DNA from: Candidatus Moraniibacteriota bacterium
Lineage (GTDB): Bacteria; Patescibacteriota; Minisyncoccia; Moranbacterales; GCA-2747515
Assembly: GCA_040772365.1 (NCBI GenBank)
Contig: JAXGYI010000003.1
Coordinates: 7,234-71,233 of the forward strand
Length of the DNA stretch: 64,000 bases
Reading direction: 5' to 3'
Each line of letters begins with the position of its first letter. The first letter of the stretch is position 1. This document shows, one piece after another, positions 19,027-27,664 of the stretch. Position numbers and translations under genes: made by a program. A model generated the notes under the pieces. That model made no database searches, had not been told where the DNA came from, and saw only the letters and a list, made by a program, of their open reading frames with translations.

Positions 19027-19944
19027 ATGCGCGTCAGTATCGTCATCCCCGTCTATAATAACGCCCATTTCACCAAGCAGTGCGTGGAGAGTATTTTTGC
19101 CGTGGGTGCGGCGTGCGATTGTGAGGTCATTGTGGTGGACAATGGTTCGCACGATGAAACGCAGGAGATGTTGGCGGCGTTTGGCAAAAAGGTTGTTGTG
19201 GTACGCAACGAGGAGAATCGCGGGTTCGCCAAAGGGTGCAATCACGGAGCGAAGACTGCAACGGGGGAGTATCTTGTGTTTCTCAACAACGACACAAAAG
19301 TGACAGCGGGATGGCTTGATGCGCTTGTGGCGGAAATGACATCACACAAAAAAACGGGCATCGCCGGGTCCAAGCTGCTCTATGAGGATGGCAGCGTGCA
19401 GCACGCCGGCATTGCGTTTAGTGATAATCATCTGCCGTTCAATATCTATGCGCGGGAACGTAGTGATGCGCCATTTGTCAATCGACGTAGAGCGTTTCAG
19501 GCAGTGACTGGTGCGTGCCTCATCATTGCGCGCGATTTTTTCACAGAGATCGGCGGTTTTGACGAGCGCTATATCAATGGCTTGGAGGACGTGGATCTGT
19601 GTTTACGTGCGCGCGCCGCCAAAAGGGATGTGATATATTGTCCGAAGAGTGTAGTCTATCATTTTGAGAGTAAAACCGATGGTCGGTACAATCACTTGAC
19701 GGAGAATGAGCAGTTGTTTTTGTCGCTATGGGGTGATACAGTGGTAGTGGACAACAAAACTTTGATTGCGGACGACGGCTATTTGGACGACAAGGACACG
19801 GTGAAGGTGCTTCTCGTGGAAAAAGATCATCGTATTGCCGCGCTGGAATGGGAAAACGACGTGATCAAAAGTTCCAAATTTTGGGCGTTGCGTACGACAT
19901 ATCTTGCCGTAAAAGGAAAAGTTATGCGTCTGTTTGGGCGATGA
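19027..19944 (+). CDS. GT2 glycosyltransferase
   Basis: VSIVIPVYN, VVDNGS, FLNNDT, AVTGACL, EDVDLCLR, HFES. Confidence 0.92.
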   Translation: MRVSIVIPVYNNAHFTKQCVESIFAVGAACDCEVIVVDNGSHDETQEMLAAFGKKVVVVRNEENRGFAKGCNHGAKTATGEYLVFLNNDTKVTAGWLDALVAEMTSHKKTGIAGSKLLYEDGSVQHAGIAFSDNHLPFNIYARERSDAPFVNRRRAFQAVTGACLIIARDFFTEIGGFDERYINGLEDVDLCLRARAAKRDVIYCPKSVVYHFESKTDGRYNHLTENEQLFLSLWGDTVVVDNKTLIADDGYLDDKDTVKVLLVEKDHRIAALEWENDVIKSSKFWALRTTYLAVKGKVMRLFGR

Positions 19945-19957
19945 TTAAGAGTATTTT

Positions 19958-22312
19958 ATGACACAGAAACACACACCTTACCTTGCCGACATTATCATCC
20001 CGCATCACGATCGGGATGACTTGTTGGAGAAATGTCTAGCAACAATCCCGCGAGATCAATTTCATGTGATCGTACAAAGTGGTGGGAGCTTTGCTGAAAA
20101 TTGCAACAAGGGTGCCAAGAAAGCAAAAACAGACAATCTTATTTTTCTTAACGATGATACGGAGATTGATGCAACACTACTTGTGGCACTGTGTGAAAAA
20201 AAATCAGATGTTGTAGGGCTTTCTCAGATCATTCCTAATATTCCCGGGGTTATCTATGGCTTGCAGTGTACTATTGGTCCTGCAGACACTGTGCAGACTT
20301 TGTTTGCTTTTGACAAGGGCGATGTCTTTTTGCCGTCGGGGTACTGTTTTTTGATGCGTCGTCACATGTGGGAGAAGTTAGGGGGGTTTTTTACGGGCTA
20401 TCGGAATGGACATGAGGATGTAGATCTCTTCTTACGGGCCATTGAGCGCGGTGCGACATTTGCGTTTGTAGATGCGCCTGGTCGACATTACCACAGTCAA
20501 TCGTCGGGACGCAGTGACCACATTGATCGCAATGCAGCGCTATTTTATCAACGGTGGGACAAGGCACGGTGCGAAAAGGTGTTACGCAAGCACGCACACG
20601 TGATCTATCGCGATCAACGTGCTCAGTGGAAGAGCGATGCGGCGAGCGCGGATCGGAGCGACTTTTATCACCTTGTGCGCACACACTATTTCACCGTGTC
20701 CACGCGGGAAGTGTCGTGTGCGTCCGTGGAGGATGCTGTGGCGGCGTGGGATCGCGATACCTATCTCACATGTACTGGTGTGTCGCTGGCGGCGGTGCAT
20801 CGCGCACTGGGGCGCGAGCGTCTGAGTGCGCATGCGTGTTTTGCGGTTGTGGAGCGCGCTAATCGTATTGTGAAAATCAATCCCGACGCTGTGCCGGACG
20901 TATTGGCGCACGAAGAACATTTTGCACTATTCATACCGCACAGAGAGTTGACAATGGTGTCGTTTGTATCGCATTCCGCCAATCGGTATGGTGCGGAGAA
21001 ATCACTCAAAGACATGATCCGCCACATGGTGCCGCACGGTATTGTGCCGCATGTCATTTTGCCGGCGCACGGGTTTTTTGTGGAGGATTGTACAGATCTC
21101 CCGATCAGTTATGATGTGACGCCGCTGCCGTGGAGCACGCGGGCGTTTACCGGTGACGAGCAATTCTATCGTAGTACGATTTTTCACGCGGCGATTGCGG
21201 TGGCGTCGCGCATTGCCAACGTCAATACCGATCTGGTGGTCACGAGCACATCAGTGATTGATGAAGGTGCGCTTGCCGCGCGGCTTTTGGGGATTCCACA
21301 TATTTGGCGCGTGTCGGAGTTTGGGTGCGTGGAGCATGGAATAGTATTTTTGGACGATAGTCGTGACCGCTTGCGATTCATCACGGATATGGCAGATACA
21401 GTGCTGTTCAGTTCGCAGGCGCTGCAGGCATACTATGAGGAGCATGTTGGACCGTCTGGAAAATATGTAGTGGGTGGCGAGATGGTAGAGGTGATGCCGC
21501 CGTCGGCGGACGCGCAACGCTTTTTCATGGATGAGAATGCACTGAAAATTGTGGTTGTAGGCAATTTGGCAGAGGGTAAGGGGCAGCATGATGCCGTTTC
21601 TGCTGTGGCTGCGGCAATCCGGCGTGGATCGCTGGTGGAGCTGGCACTTGTCGGCGGGGAAGAGGATCGAGATTATGCGACAAAGGTACGTACGTTGGTG
21701 GAGAAGGAAGGTGTTAGTGCGCAGGTGCATTTTGTTGGCTATGTAAAAACGGTGCGTGATGTGTATGATCAGGCGGATGTGGTACTGACATGCTCAGTGT
21801 TTGAAGGTTTTGGGCGCACGCCAGTGGAAGCGATGTTGTGCGGTAAGGCGGTGATCGGTGCGCGATCTGGCGCGACGCCGGAGCTGGTGCGGGATGGGGA
21901 GAATGGGTTGCTGTATGCACCGGGCGATGTGGATGCACTTGCAGCACATATAGTGCATTGTGCTGCGCATCCCGATCTTGTACAGCGCTACGGGGAAAAC
22001 GGTAGAGCGTTTGTGACACGCATGTTTACAAAGGAAAACTACTGTGCGACGCTGCAACGTGTCTTTGCCACGGCGCAGGCATCGCGTCGTGGGACGATTA
22101 CGGCAGTGCTTGCCGCGCATGTGGCGGCGATGCATGCGAAGGGAGCTGTGATGGATCGCGTGCATGAGCGAGATGCAGTGATTGCGCAGATGCACCAGTC
22201 GCCATTTTGGAAGGCAAAAGAACTGTATGAGAAAGTACGTTTTGCACTCACGCAACCACAGCGGTTTGCGGCAAAATATGTGTCTGCGGGATGGGCACGA
22301 TGGAAAAAATAA
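19958..22312 (+). CDS. GT2-GT4 fusion glycosyltransferase
   Basis: N-terminal IIIPHHD, FLNDD, EDVDLF; C-terminal GAEKSL, KGQ, EGFGRTPVEAM. Confidence 0.9.
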   Translation: MTQKHTPYLADIIIPHHDRDDLLEKCLATIPRDQFHVIVQSGGSFAENCNKGAKKAKTDNLIFLNDDTEIDATLLVALCEKKSDVVGLSQIIPNIPGVIYGLQCTIGPADTVQTLFAFDKGDVFLPSGYCFLMRRHMWEKLGGFFTGYRNGHEDVDLFLRAIERGATFAFVDAPGRHYHSQSSGRSDHIDRNAALFYQRWDKARCEKVLRKHAHVIYRDQRAQWKSDAASADRSDFYHLVRTHYFTVSTREVSCASVEDAVAAWDRDTYLTCTGVSLAAVHRALGRERLSAHACFAVVERANRIVKINPDAVPDVLAHEEHFALFIPHRELTMVSFVSHSANRYGAEKSLKDMIRHMVPHGIVPHVILPAHGFFVEDCTDLPISYDVTPLPWSTRAFTGDEQFYRSTIFHAAIAVASRIANVNTDLVVTSTSVIDEGALAARLLGIPHIWRVSEFGCVEHGIVFLDDSRDRLRFITDMADTVLFSSQALQAYYEEHVGPSGKYVVGGEMVEVMPPSADAQRFFMDENALKIVVVGNLAEGKGQHDAVSAVAAAIRRGSLVELALVGGEEDRDYATKVRTLVEKEGVSAQVHFVGYVKTVRDVYDQADVVLTCSVFEGFGRTPVEAMLCGKAVIGARSGATPELVRDGENGLLYAPGDVDALAAHIVHCAAHPDLVQRYGENGRAFVTRMFTKENYCATLQRVFATAQASRRGTITAVLAAHVAAMHAKGAVMDRVHERDAVIAQMHQSPFWKAKELYEKVRFALTQPQRFAAKYVSAGWARWKK

Positions 22313-22324
22313 ATTATCAACACT

Positions 22325-24505
22325 ATGGTGAGTAGGCGACAGGTAAAAAAATATCTCTACTTGGTGCGATCCTTTTTTGCAACAATACGCAGCGAGGGTA
22401 TTGTGCGTACAGTGCGACGACTGTATTATTTCGTGCGTTATGGTAAGGGTGTGGCGTCACGAGAGGAGTACGATCATTACCGCATGCGACATAAAATTCC
22501 CGCACACATGAAGCACGTACGTGAGGTGGTACGACCCACGACGTCGCGTGATGTACCTATGTCATATGATGGCCCACCGATCGATATCATCATCCCAGTG
22601 TACAATGGCTATGAGTATCTTGCACCGCTATTTGACAGTATTGTGGCGCATACTGACATGCCATATCGTGTGATTGTGATTGATGATGCATCACCGGATG
22701 AACAGGTGATGTCGTTTGTAGCACAATTACCAGAGCGCTATCCGTCTGCAGAGATCATTGTGCAACGTAATGCGGAAAATGTGGGGTTTGTTCGTTCGGT
22801 AAATGCCGGCATGGCACAGGCACGGTCGCACTGTGTAGTGCTCAACACGGATACGGAAGTGCCGCCCAGATGGCTATCGCGTTTGCTGCGTCCAATTATA
22901 GAAGATGCTACCATCGCCAGCGCTACGCCAATGACCAATGCCGGTGAAATTTTTAGTTTTCCAGAGATCATCACCAATAATGCGATGCTATGTAATGCTA
23001 CGGTTGCGCAGGTGGACCACTTTTTTCAGAAACTTGTACCACAGGAGTGGATTACGGTGCCGACAGGAATGGGCTTTTGCATGGCGATGAACAAGGCAGC
23101 ATATGACCGTATCGGCACATTTGATGCAGAGGCATTTGGGCGCGGATATGCGGAGGAAAATGATTGGTGCCAGCGTGCCATTGCTGCAGGATTTACCAAT
23201 GTTGTGGTGCCCAATCTTTTTATCTATCACAAGCATGGTGGATCGTTTCTATCACAAGAGAAGCAAGAGCTCTTGGCGCGTAATTTACGCACACTCAATA
23301 AGCGTTATCCCGGATATGATCGGATGATACAGAAGTTTATCACCGCGGATCCATTGCGAGGCATACGTATGGTGTTGCTATTGTGGATTATCACTAATGT
23401 GTGTGCCAAAAAAACAGTGCTGTATATTGACCACGAGTTGGGCGGTGGTGCAAATGCTTACACGAAAGAGCGTGTGGCGGAGATTGTGAAAGCGGGCAAT
23501 GTGGCGATTGTGGTGAGCTATAATGTGACACAAAATGTCTATCATCTAACATATTATAGTGAGGCGCAGCATGGCACTGTAGAGGCGGCAACGCTGGAGG
23601 AGTTTACATGGGTTTTGGCGCAGGTGCCAATGCATGAGATTGTGGTGAGCCAGGTGGTGTCACATCCATCACCGTGTACAGTGTTGACATGGATTACAGC
23701 AATGATTGCACGCACGAAGGCACGAAGTACGTTTTTGGTGCACGACTTTTATGCGGTGTGTCCGAGTTTCAATTTATTGAATGATCAGGGTGTGTACTGC
23801 GGTGTACCACAGGATGTAGAGGTGTGCATGCGATGCATGGCACGCAATAAGGGAGATTTTCGCATGTACAGTAGCGAGAAGAATGTGCGGGCATGGCGCA
23901 GGCAGTGGCACGCGTTTTTACAATCCATGGACACCATCGTGTGTTTTTCACAGTCGTCAAAGGACATTATGGTGCGCGCATATCCTGATATTCTGAGTCG
24001 CATAACGATTATACCGCATGAGGTGCATTACATTACGGAGCAGCCAAAGATTGTACCAAAAACTGCCGAACAGAAAGTAGTCGTTGGCGTTTTGGGAGGC
24101 ATTAACTATCAAAAGGGTTCGCATATTGTGCGTGATATGGTGCGGGAGATTGAGCAACGATGCTTGCCGGTGCAGATTGTCGTTATCGGACACCTGGCGC
24201 TTAAGATGCGCAGTAAGGCATTGACGGTACACGGTGTTTTTAAGCAAGGTGAGATTGTATCGCTTACCGAGCACTATAAAATTGATGTATTTATCATCCC
24301 ATCCATTTGGCCGGAGACATTTTCTTACACGGCAGAAGAGGTAATGCAGATGCAGATGCCACTTATAGTATTTGATCTTGGTGCACCAGCAGAGCGTGTA
24401 CGCAACTATGTGCACGGCAGTGTTGTTGGGGAACGTACGGCTACGGCGCTTCTTGATCACGTGTGTACTGTACAGCAGCGTCGCAGTGCGAATCAAAAAA
24501 TATAA
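22325..24505 (+). CDS. GT2 plus GT-B fusion glycosyltransferase
   Basis: DIIIPVYNG, DDASPD, LNTDT, GYAEENDWC; C-terminal HDFY, KG, PSIWPETFSY. Confidence 0.9.
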   Translation: MVSRRQVKKYLYLVRSFFATIRSEGIVRTVRRLYYFVRYGKGVASREEYDHYRMRHKIPAHMKHVREVVRPTTSRDVPMSYDGPPIDIIIPVYNGYEYLAPLFDSIVAHTDMPYRVIVIDDASPDEQVMSFVAQLPERYPSAEIIVQRNAENVGFVRSVNAGMAQARSHCVVLNTDTEVPPRWLSRLLRPIIEDATIASATPMTNAGEIFSFPEIITNNAMLCNATVAQVDHFFQKLVPQEWITVPTGMGFCMAMNKAAYDRIGTFDAEAFGRGYAEENDWCQRAIAAGFTNVVVPNLFIYHKHGGSFLSQEKQELLARNLRTLNKRYPGYDRMIQKFITADPLRGIRMVLLLWIITNVCAKKTVLYIDHELGGGANAYTKERVAEIVKAGNVAIVVSYNVTQNVYHLTYYSEAQHGTVEAATLEEFTWVLAQVPMHEIVVSQVVSHPSPCTVLTWITAMIARTKARSTFLVHDFYAVCPSFNLLNDQGVYCGVPQDVEVCMRCMARNKGDFRMYSSEKNVRAWRRQWHAFLQSMDTIVCFSQSSKDIMVRAYPDILSRITIIPHEVHYITEQPKIVPKTAEQKVVVGVLGGINYQKGSHIVRDMVREIEQRCLPVQIVVIGHLALKMRSKALTVHGVFKQGEIVSLTEHYKIDVFIIPSIWPETFSYTAEEVMQMQMPLIVFDLGAPAERVRNYVHGSVVGERTATALLDHVCTVQQRRSANQKI

Positions 24506-24551
24506 TGTATTGCGAAAATTTTTTTCTATGATATTATGATAATGTAGATAG

Positions 24552-26048
24552 ATAGTACGAAATGGTATACGGTGGTTAATCTTTGCGCCCATCATCTGTT
24601 TTTGTGCATCTGCTTTGTTCTCCGTGCGCGACGCACAGGCGCAATTTCAAGAGGTACGATTGACATCCGGCTTTTTTGGGGAATATAGCCCATCGTTGTC
24701 TGGGGATAAAATTGTATGGCTTGACAATCGTCATTCAAGCGAAACAGATACAGAGGTTTATTTGTATGATTTTACAACAAAAAAAGAGAGACGCATTACA
24801 AATGTTGCTAGTAGAAAGGATGATGTCTCTATTTCTGGTAATCGGATTGTATGGACGGATTGGCGTAATGGAAATCAGGATATTTACATGTACGATTTAG
24901 CTACAAATGTTGAAAAACGTATCACTACCAATACCAAATCGCAAGTGTATCCAAAAATTGACGGAGATAAGATTGTATGGCAGGACTATCGAGATGGATC
25001 GATAGGGTCCGCTGTGTATATGTATGACCTTGCCACTAACACGGAGAAGCGACTTGTTACTTCCGAGGGGAAATATCAGGAACGCCCCGCAATATCTGGC
25101 AACTACGTTGTATGGTCTGATACAACCAGCAATCCCAATGGGCTACTACGGCTGTATAATATCTTCACTAGTGTCACAACGTATCCCTTGATTAGCGACA
25201 AGGGAGATCGTATGGACTTTGTTGCAATTTCTGGTAATAAGGTGGCGTACAGATATAACGAAAATGGAACAGGGCGGTACAATGTCTACGTCTATGACAT
25301 TGATACAAAAACAGAAGTAAAGGTAACAAAAAATACAACAACGGACCTACGAGATCTGGCAATTTCTGGTAATAAGGTGGCATGGACAGACAATCGCAAT
25401 GGCAATCTCGATATTTATCTTTATGATCTTGCAACTGCCAAAGAAACGCGCATCACAACCAATGCAGAAGAGCAGTCTGAGCCAACAATTTCTGGAAATC
25501 GGCTGGCGTGGAAGGACTTTCGACATGGAGGTGCAGACATCTTTCTTGTAGACTTTTCTCCTACAGCTGTGGAACCGCCAGTAGCTACTCCCAAGCCCGT
25601 TCACCGCTTCTACTCCGAAGAATTTCAAGCACACTTCTACACCATCTCTGAAGTAGAGAAAAACCATATCATTGCCACTTATCCACCCCGCACCTGGAAC
25701 TATGAAGGTGTTGCCTATAATGCGATTAGTGATAGTCTTCCGGGTATGGCGCCGATCCACCGTTTCTATTCTCTGGCTAGTAGAAAGCATTTCTATACCA
25801 TCTCTGAAGAGGAAAAGAACCGTCTCATTGGCGGAGCATATCCGGCAGCACAATTTACTTATGAGGGTGTTGCCTGGTACGCACACCAAAAGAACGCTGC
25901 TGCAACACGTCCGCTGCATCGCTTCTATTCCGAGAATAGTGCTGTGCACTTCTATACGGCATCGGAAAGTGAAAAAAACCACATCATTGCCACCTATCCA
26001 CCCCATATTTGGAACTATGAAGGAGTGGCGTGGCATGCGTTACAATAA
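24552..26048 (+). CDS. Secreted 7-blade beta-propeller (Methanosarcina surface-protein-type repeats) plus three DUF5648-like repeats
   Basis: Seven PxISGxxIVWxDxRxG..DIY.YD repeats and three HRFYS..HFYT..E...W/F.YEG.A repeats. The frame is open back to ATA 24552 and encodes a signal peptide ending AQA; the first canonical start is TTG 24615. Confidence 0.8.
   Translation: MVRNGIRWLIFAPIICFCASALFSVRDAQAQFQEVRLTSGFFGEYSPSLSGDKIVWLDNRHSSETDTEVYLYDFTTKKERRITNVASRKDDVSISGNRIVWTDWRNGNQDIYMYDLATNVEKRITTNTKSQVYPKIDGDKIVWQDYRDGSIGSAVYMYDLATNTEKRLVTSEGKYQERPAISGNYVVWSDTTSNPNGLLRLYNIFTSVTTYPLISDKGDRMDFVAISGNKVAYRYNENGTGRYNVYVYDIDTKTEVKVTKNTTTDLRDLAISGNKVAWTDNRNGNLDIYLYDLATAKETRITTNAEEQSEPTISGNRLAWKDFRHGGADIFLVDFSPTAVEPPVATPKPVHRFYSEEFQAHFYTISEVEKNHIIATYPPRTWNYEGVAYNAISDSLPGMAPIHRFYSLASRKHFYTISEEEKNRLIGGAYPAAQFTYEGVAWYAHQKNAAATRPLHRFYSENSAVHFYTASESEKNHIIATYPPHIWNYEGVAWHALQ
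25605..25813 (+). repeat. 209-bp direct repeat, copy 1
   Basis: Identical by eye to 27092..27300. Confidence 0.9.
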
Positions 26049-26055
26049 GGAAAGA

Positions 26056-26082
26056 ATAAACAGCTCATCATGAGCTGTTTAT
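26056..26082. terminator. Hairpin, probable terminator
   Basis: 12-bp perfect stem ataaacagctca/tgagctgtttat with a 3-nt loop. Confidence 0.6.
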
Positions 26083-26132
26083 GCTCTAGAGAACAATACG
26101 ATTATAATCTTAATGTCTTTAATGACAAAAAA

Positions 26133-27535
26133 ATGAAGAAACTATGCCTCTTTATTCTCCCGACACTCTTTTTCATCGGACAGTCAACATGGGCGCAGGA
26201 AATGCGTATCACTCTTAATGATGGAGTGGATCATTATAATCCTGCAATTTCTGGTGATAAAATTGTTTGGAATGATATCGTAGCGGGAATGGAGATATTT
26301 ATCTCTACGACCTGACAACCGGAGAGGAAACGCGTATCACAACGGATGTGGAATCTCAGAGAGATCCCAGTATCTCTGGCGACAAAATTATTTGGAAAGA
26401 TCTTCGAGATGGCTTCTTCGGCAGTATTTATATGTATGATCTTACTACGAAAACAGAAACGCGTATTACGGGAGGTCTCGCAGTTCCATTTTATCCAAAA
26501 ATATCTGGCAATATCATTGTATGGGAGGATCGGAGAGAGGCGGGTAATCCGGACATTTATATGTACGATCTGACTACAGGCACAGAAAAAAAGGTTAGTA
26601 CGTATGCCAGTAAAAAGTCTAAACCAGCTATTTCTGGCAATAACATTGTGTGGGAGGATGAGCGCAATGGCAATTCGAACATCTATATGTATGACCTTGC
26701 TACAAATACAGAAAAAAAGATTAGCACACATACTAGTAGACAGATCGTTCCAGCTGTTTCTGGCAATATCATTGTGTGGGAGGATTATCGTGGTGGCAAC
26801 TGGGACCTCTACATGTATGACCTTTCTACAAACACAGAAAAAAAAGTTACTACGGATACATATGAAAAGAAAAATCCCTCCATCTCCGGTAATATCATCA
26901 CATGGGATGATAATCGTCATGGGAGTCGTGATATTTATATGTACGATCTAGTACGTTAAAAAGAGAAACGACTTACTCATGGGGCGGTATCTTGGAATTC
27001 TAGATTGTCCGGCAATCGAATTGTCTGGAGCGATAGTCGCACGGGAACATATCAGGTCTATCTTGTGTACACAGACAATCAACCTATCTATCGCTTCTAC
27101 TCCGAAGAATTTCAAGCACACTTCTACACCATCTCTGAAGTAGAGAAAAACCATATCATTGCCACTTATCCACCCCGCACCTGGAACTATGAAGGTGTTG
27201 CCTATAATGCGATTAGTGATAGTCTTCCGGGTATGGCGCCGATCCACCGTTTCTATTCTCTGGCTAGTAGAAAGCATTTCTATACCATCTCTGAAGAGGA
27301 GAAAAACGAACTCATCAACAATAAATACCCTGAAGCAAAATTCACCTATGAAGGTATTGCATGGTATGCACACAAAACACCGCAATCTTTCACCACACCT
27401 CTGTATAGATTCTACTCAAAGGCCCATGCCGTTCACTTCTATACCGTTAGTCAAGCAGAGAAGGAATACATTCAAAACACCTATCCGCAAGATATCTGGA
27501 ACTATGAAGGTATTGCGTGGTATGGGATGAGGTAG
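26133..27535 (+). pseudogene. Paralogous beta-propeller plus DUF5648 surface protein with a frameshift (about 26277) and an in-frame TAA (26957-26959)
   Basis: Signal peptide MKKLCLF..TWA; three ORF pieces join into 7 blades plus 3 repeats after adding 1 nt at about 26277 and reading through DLVR*KEKR. Confidence 0.82.
27092..27300 (+). repeat. 209-bp direct repeat, copy 2
   Basis: Identical by eye to 25605..25813. Confidence 0.9.
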
Positions 27536-27664
27536 GCTCTCATAGCACATAGTCTAGAAATCCGCTATACTTCAAGTCAGCCCAGAGAAAGAAGGGTTGC
27601 TTGATGTCGTATTTATAGGTATGCTATAGGAGATAATATATTCAAAAATAGATACACAGAAAAA

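Noticed and set aside
25605-27300. Diversity-generating retroelement template/variable repeat pair
   Set aside because: The copies are identical with no adenine-specific mismatches, both lie in coding frames, and there is no reverse transcriptase in the window
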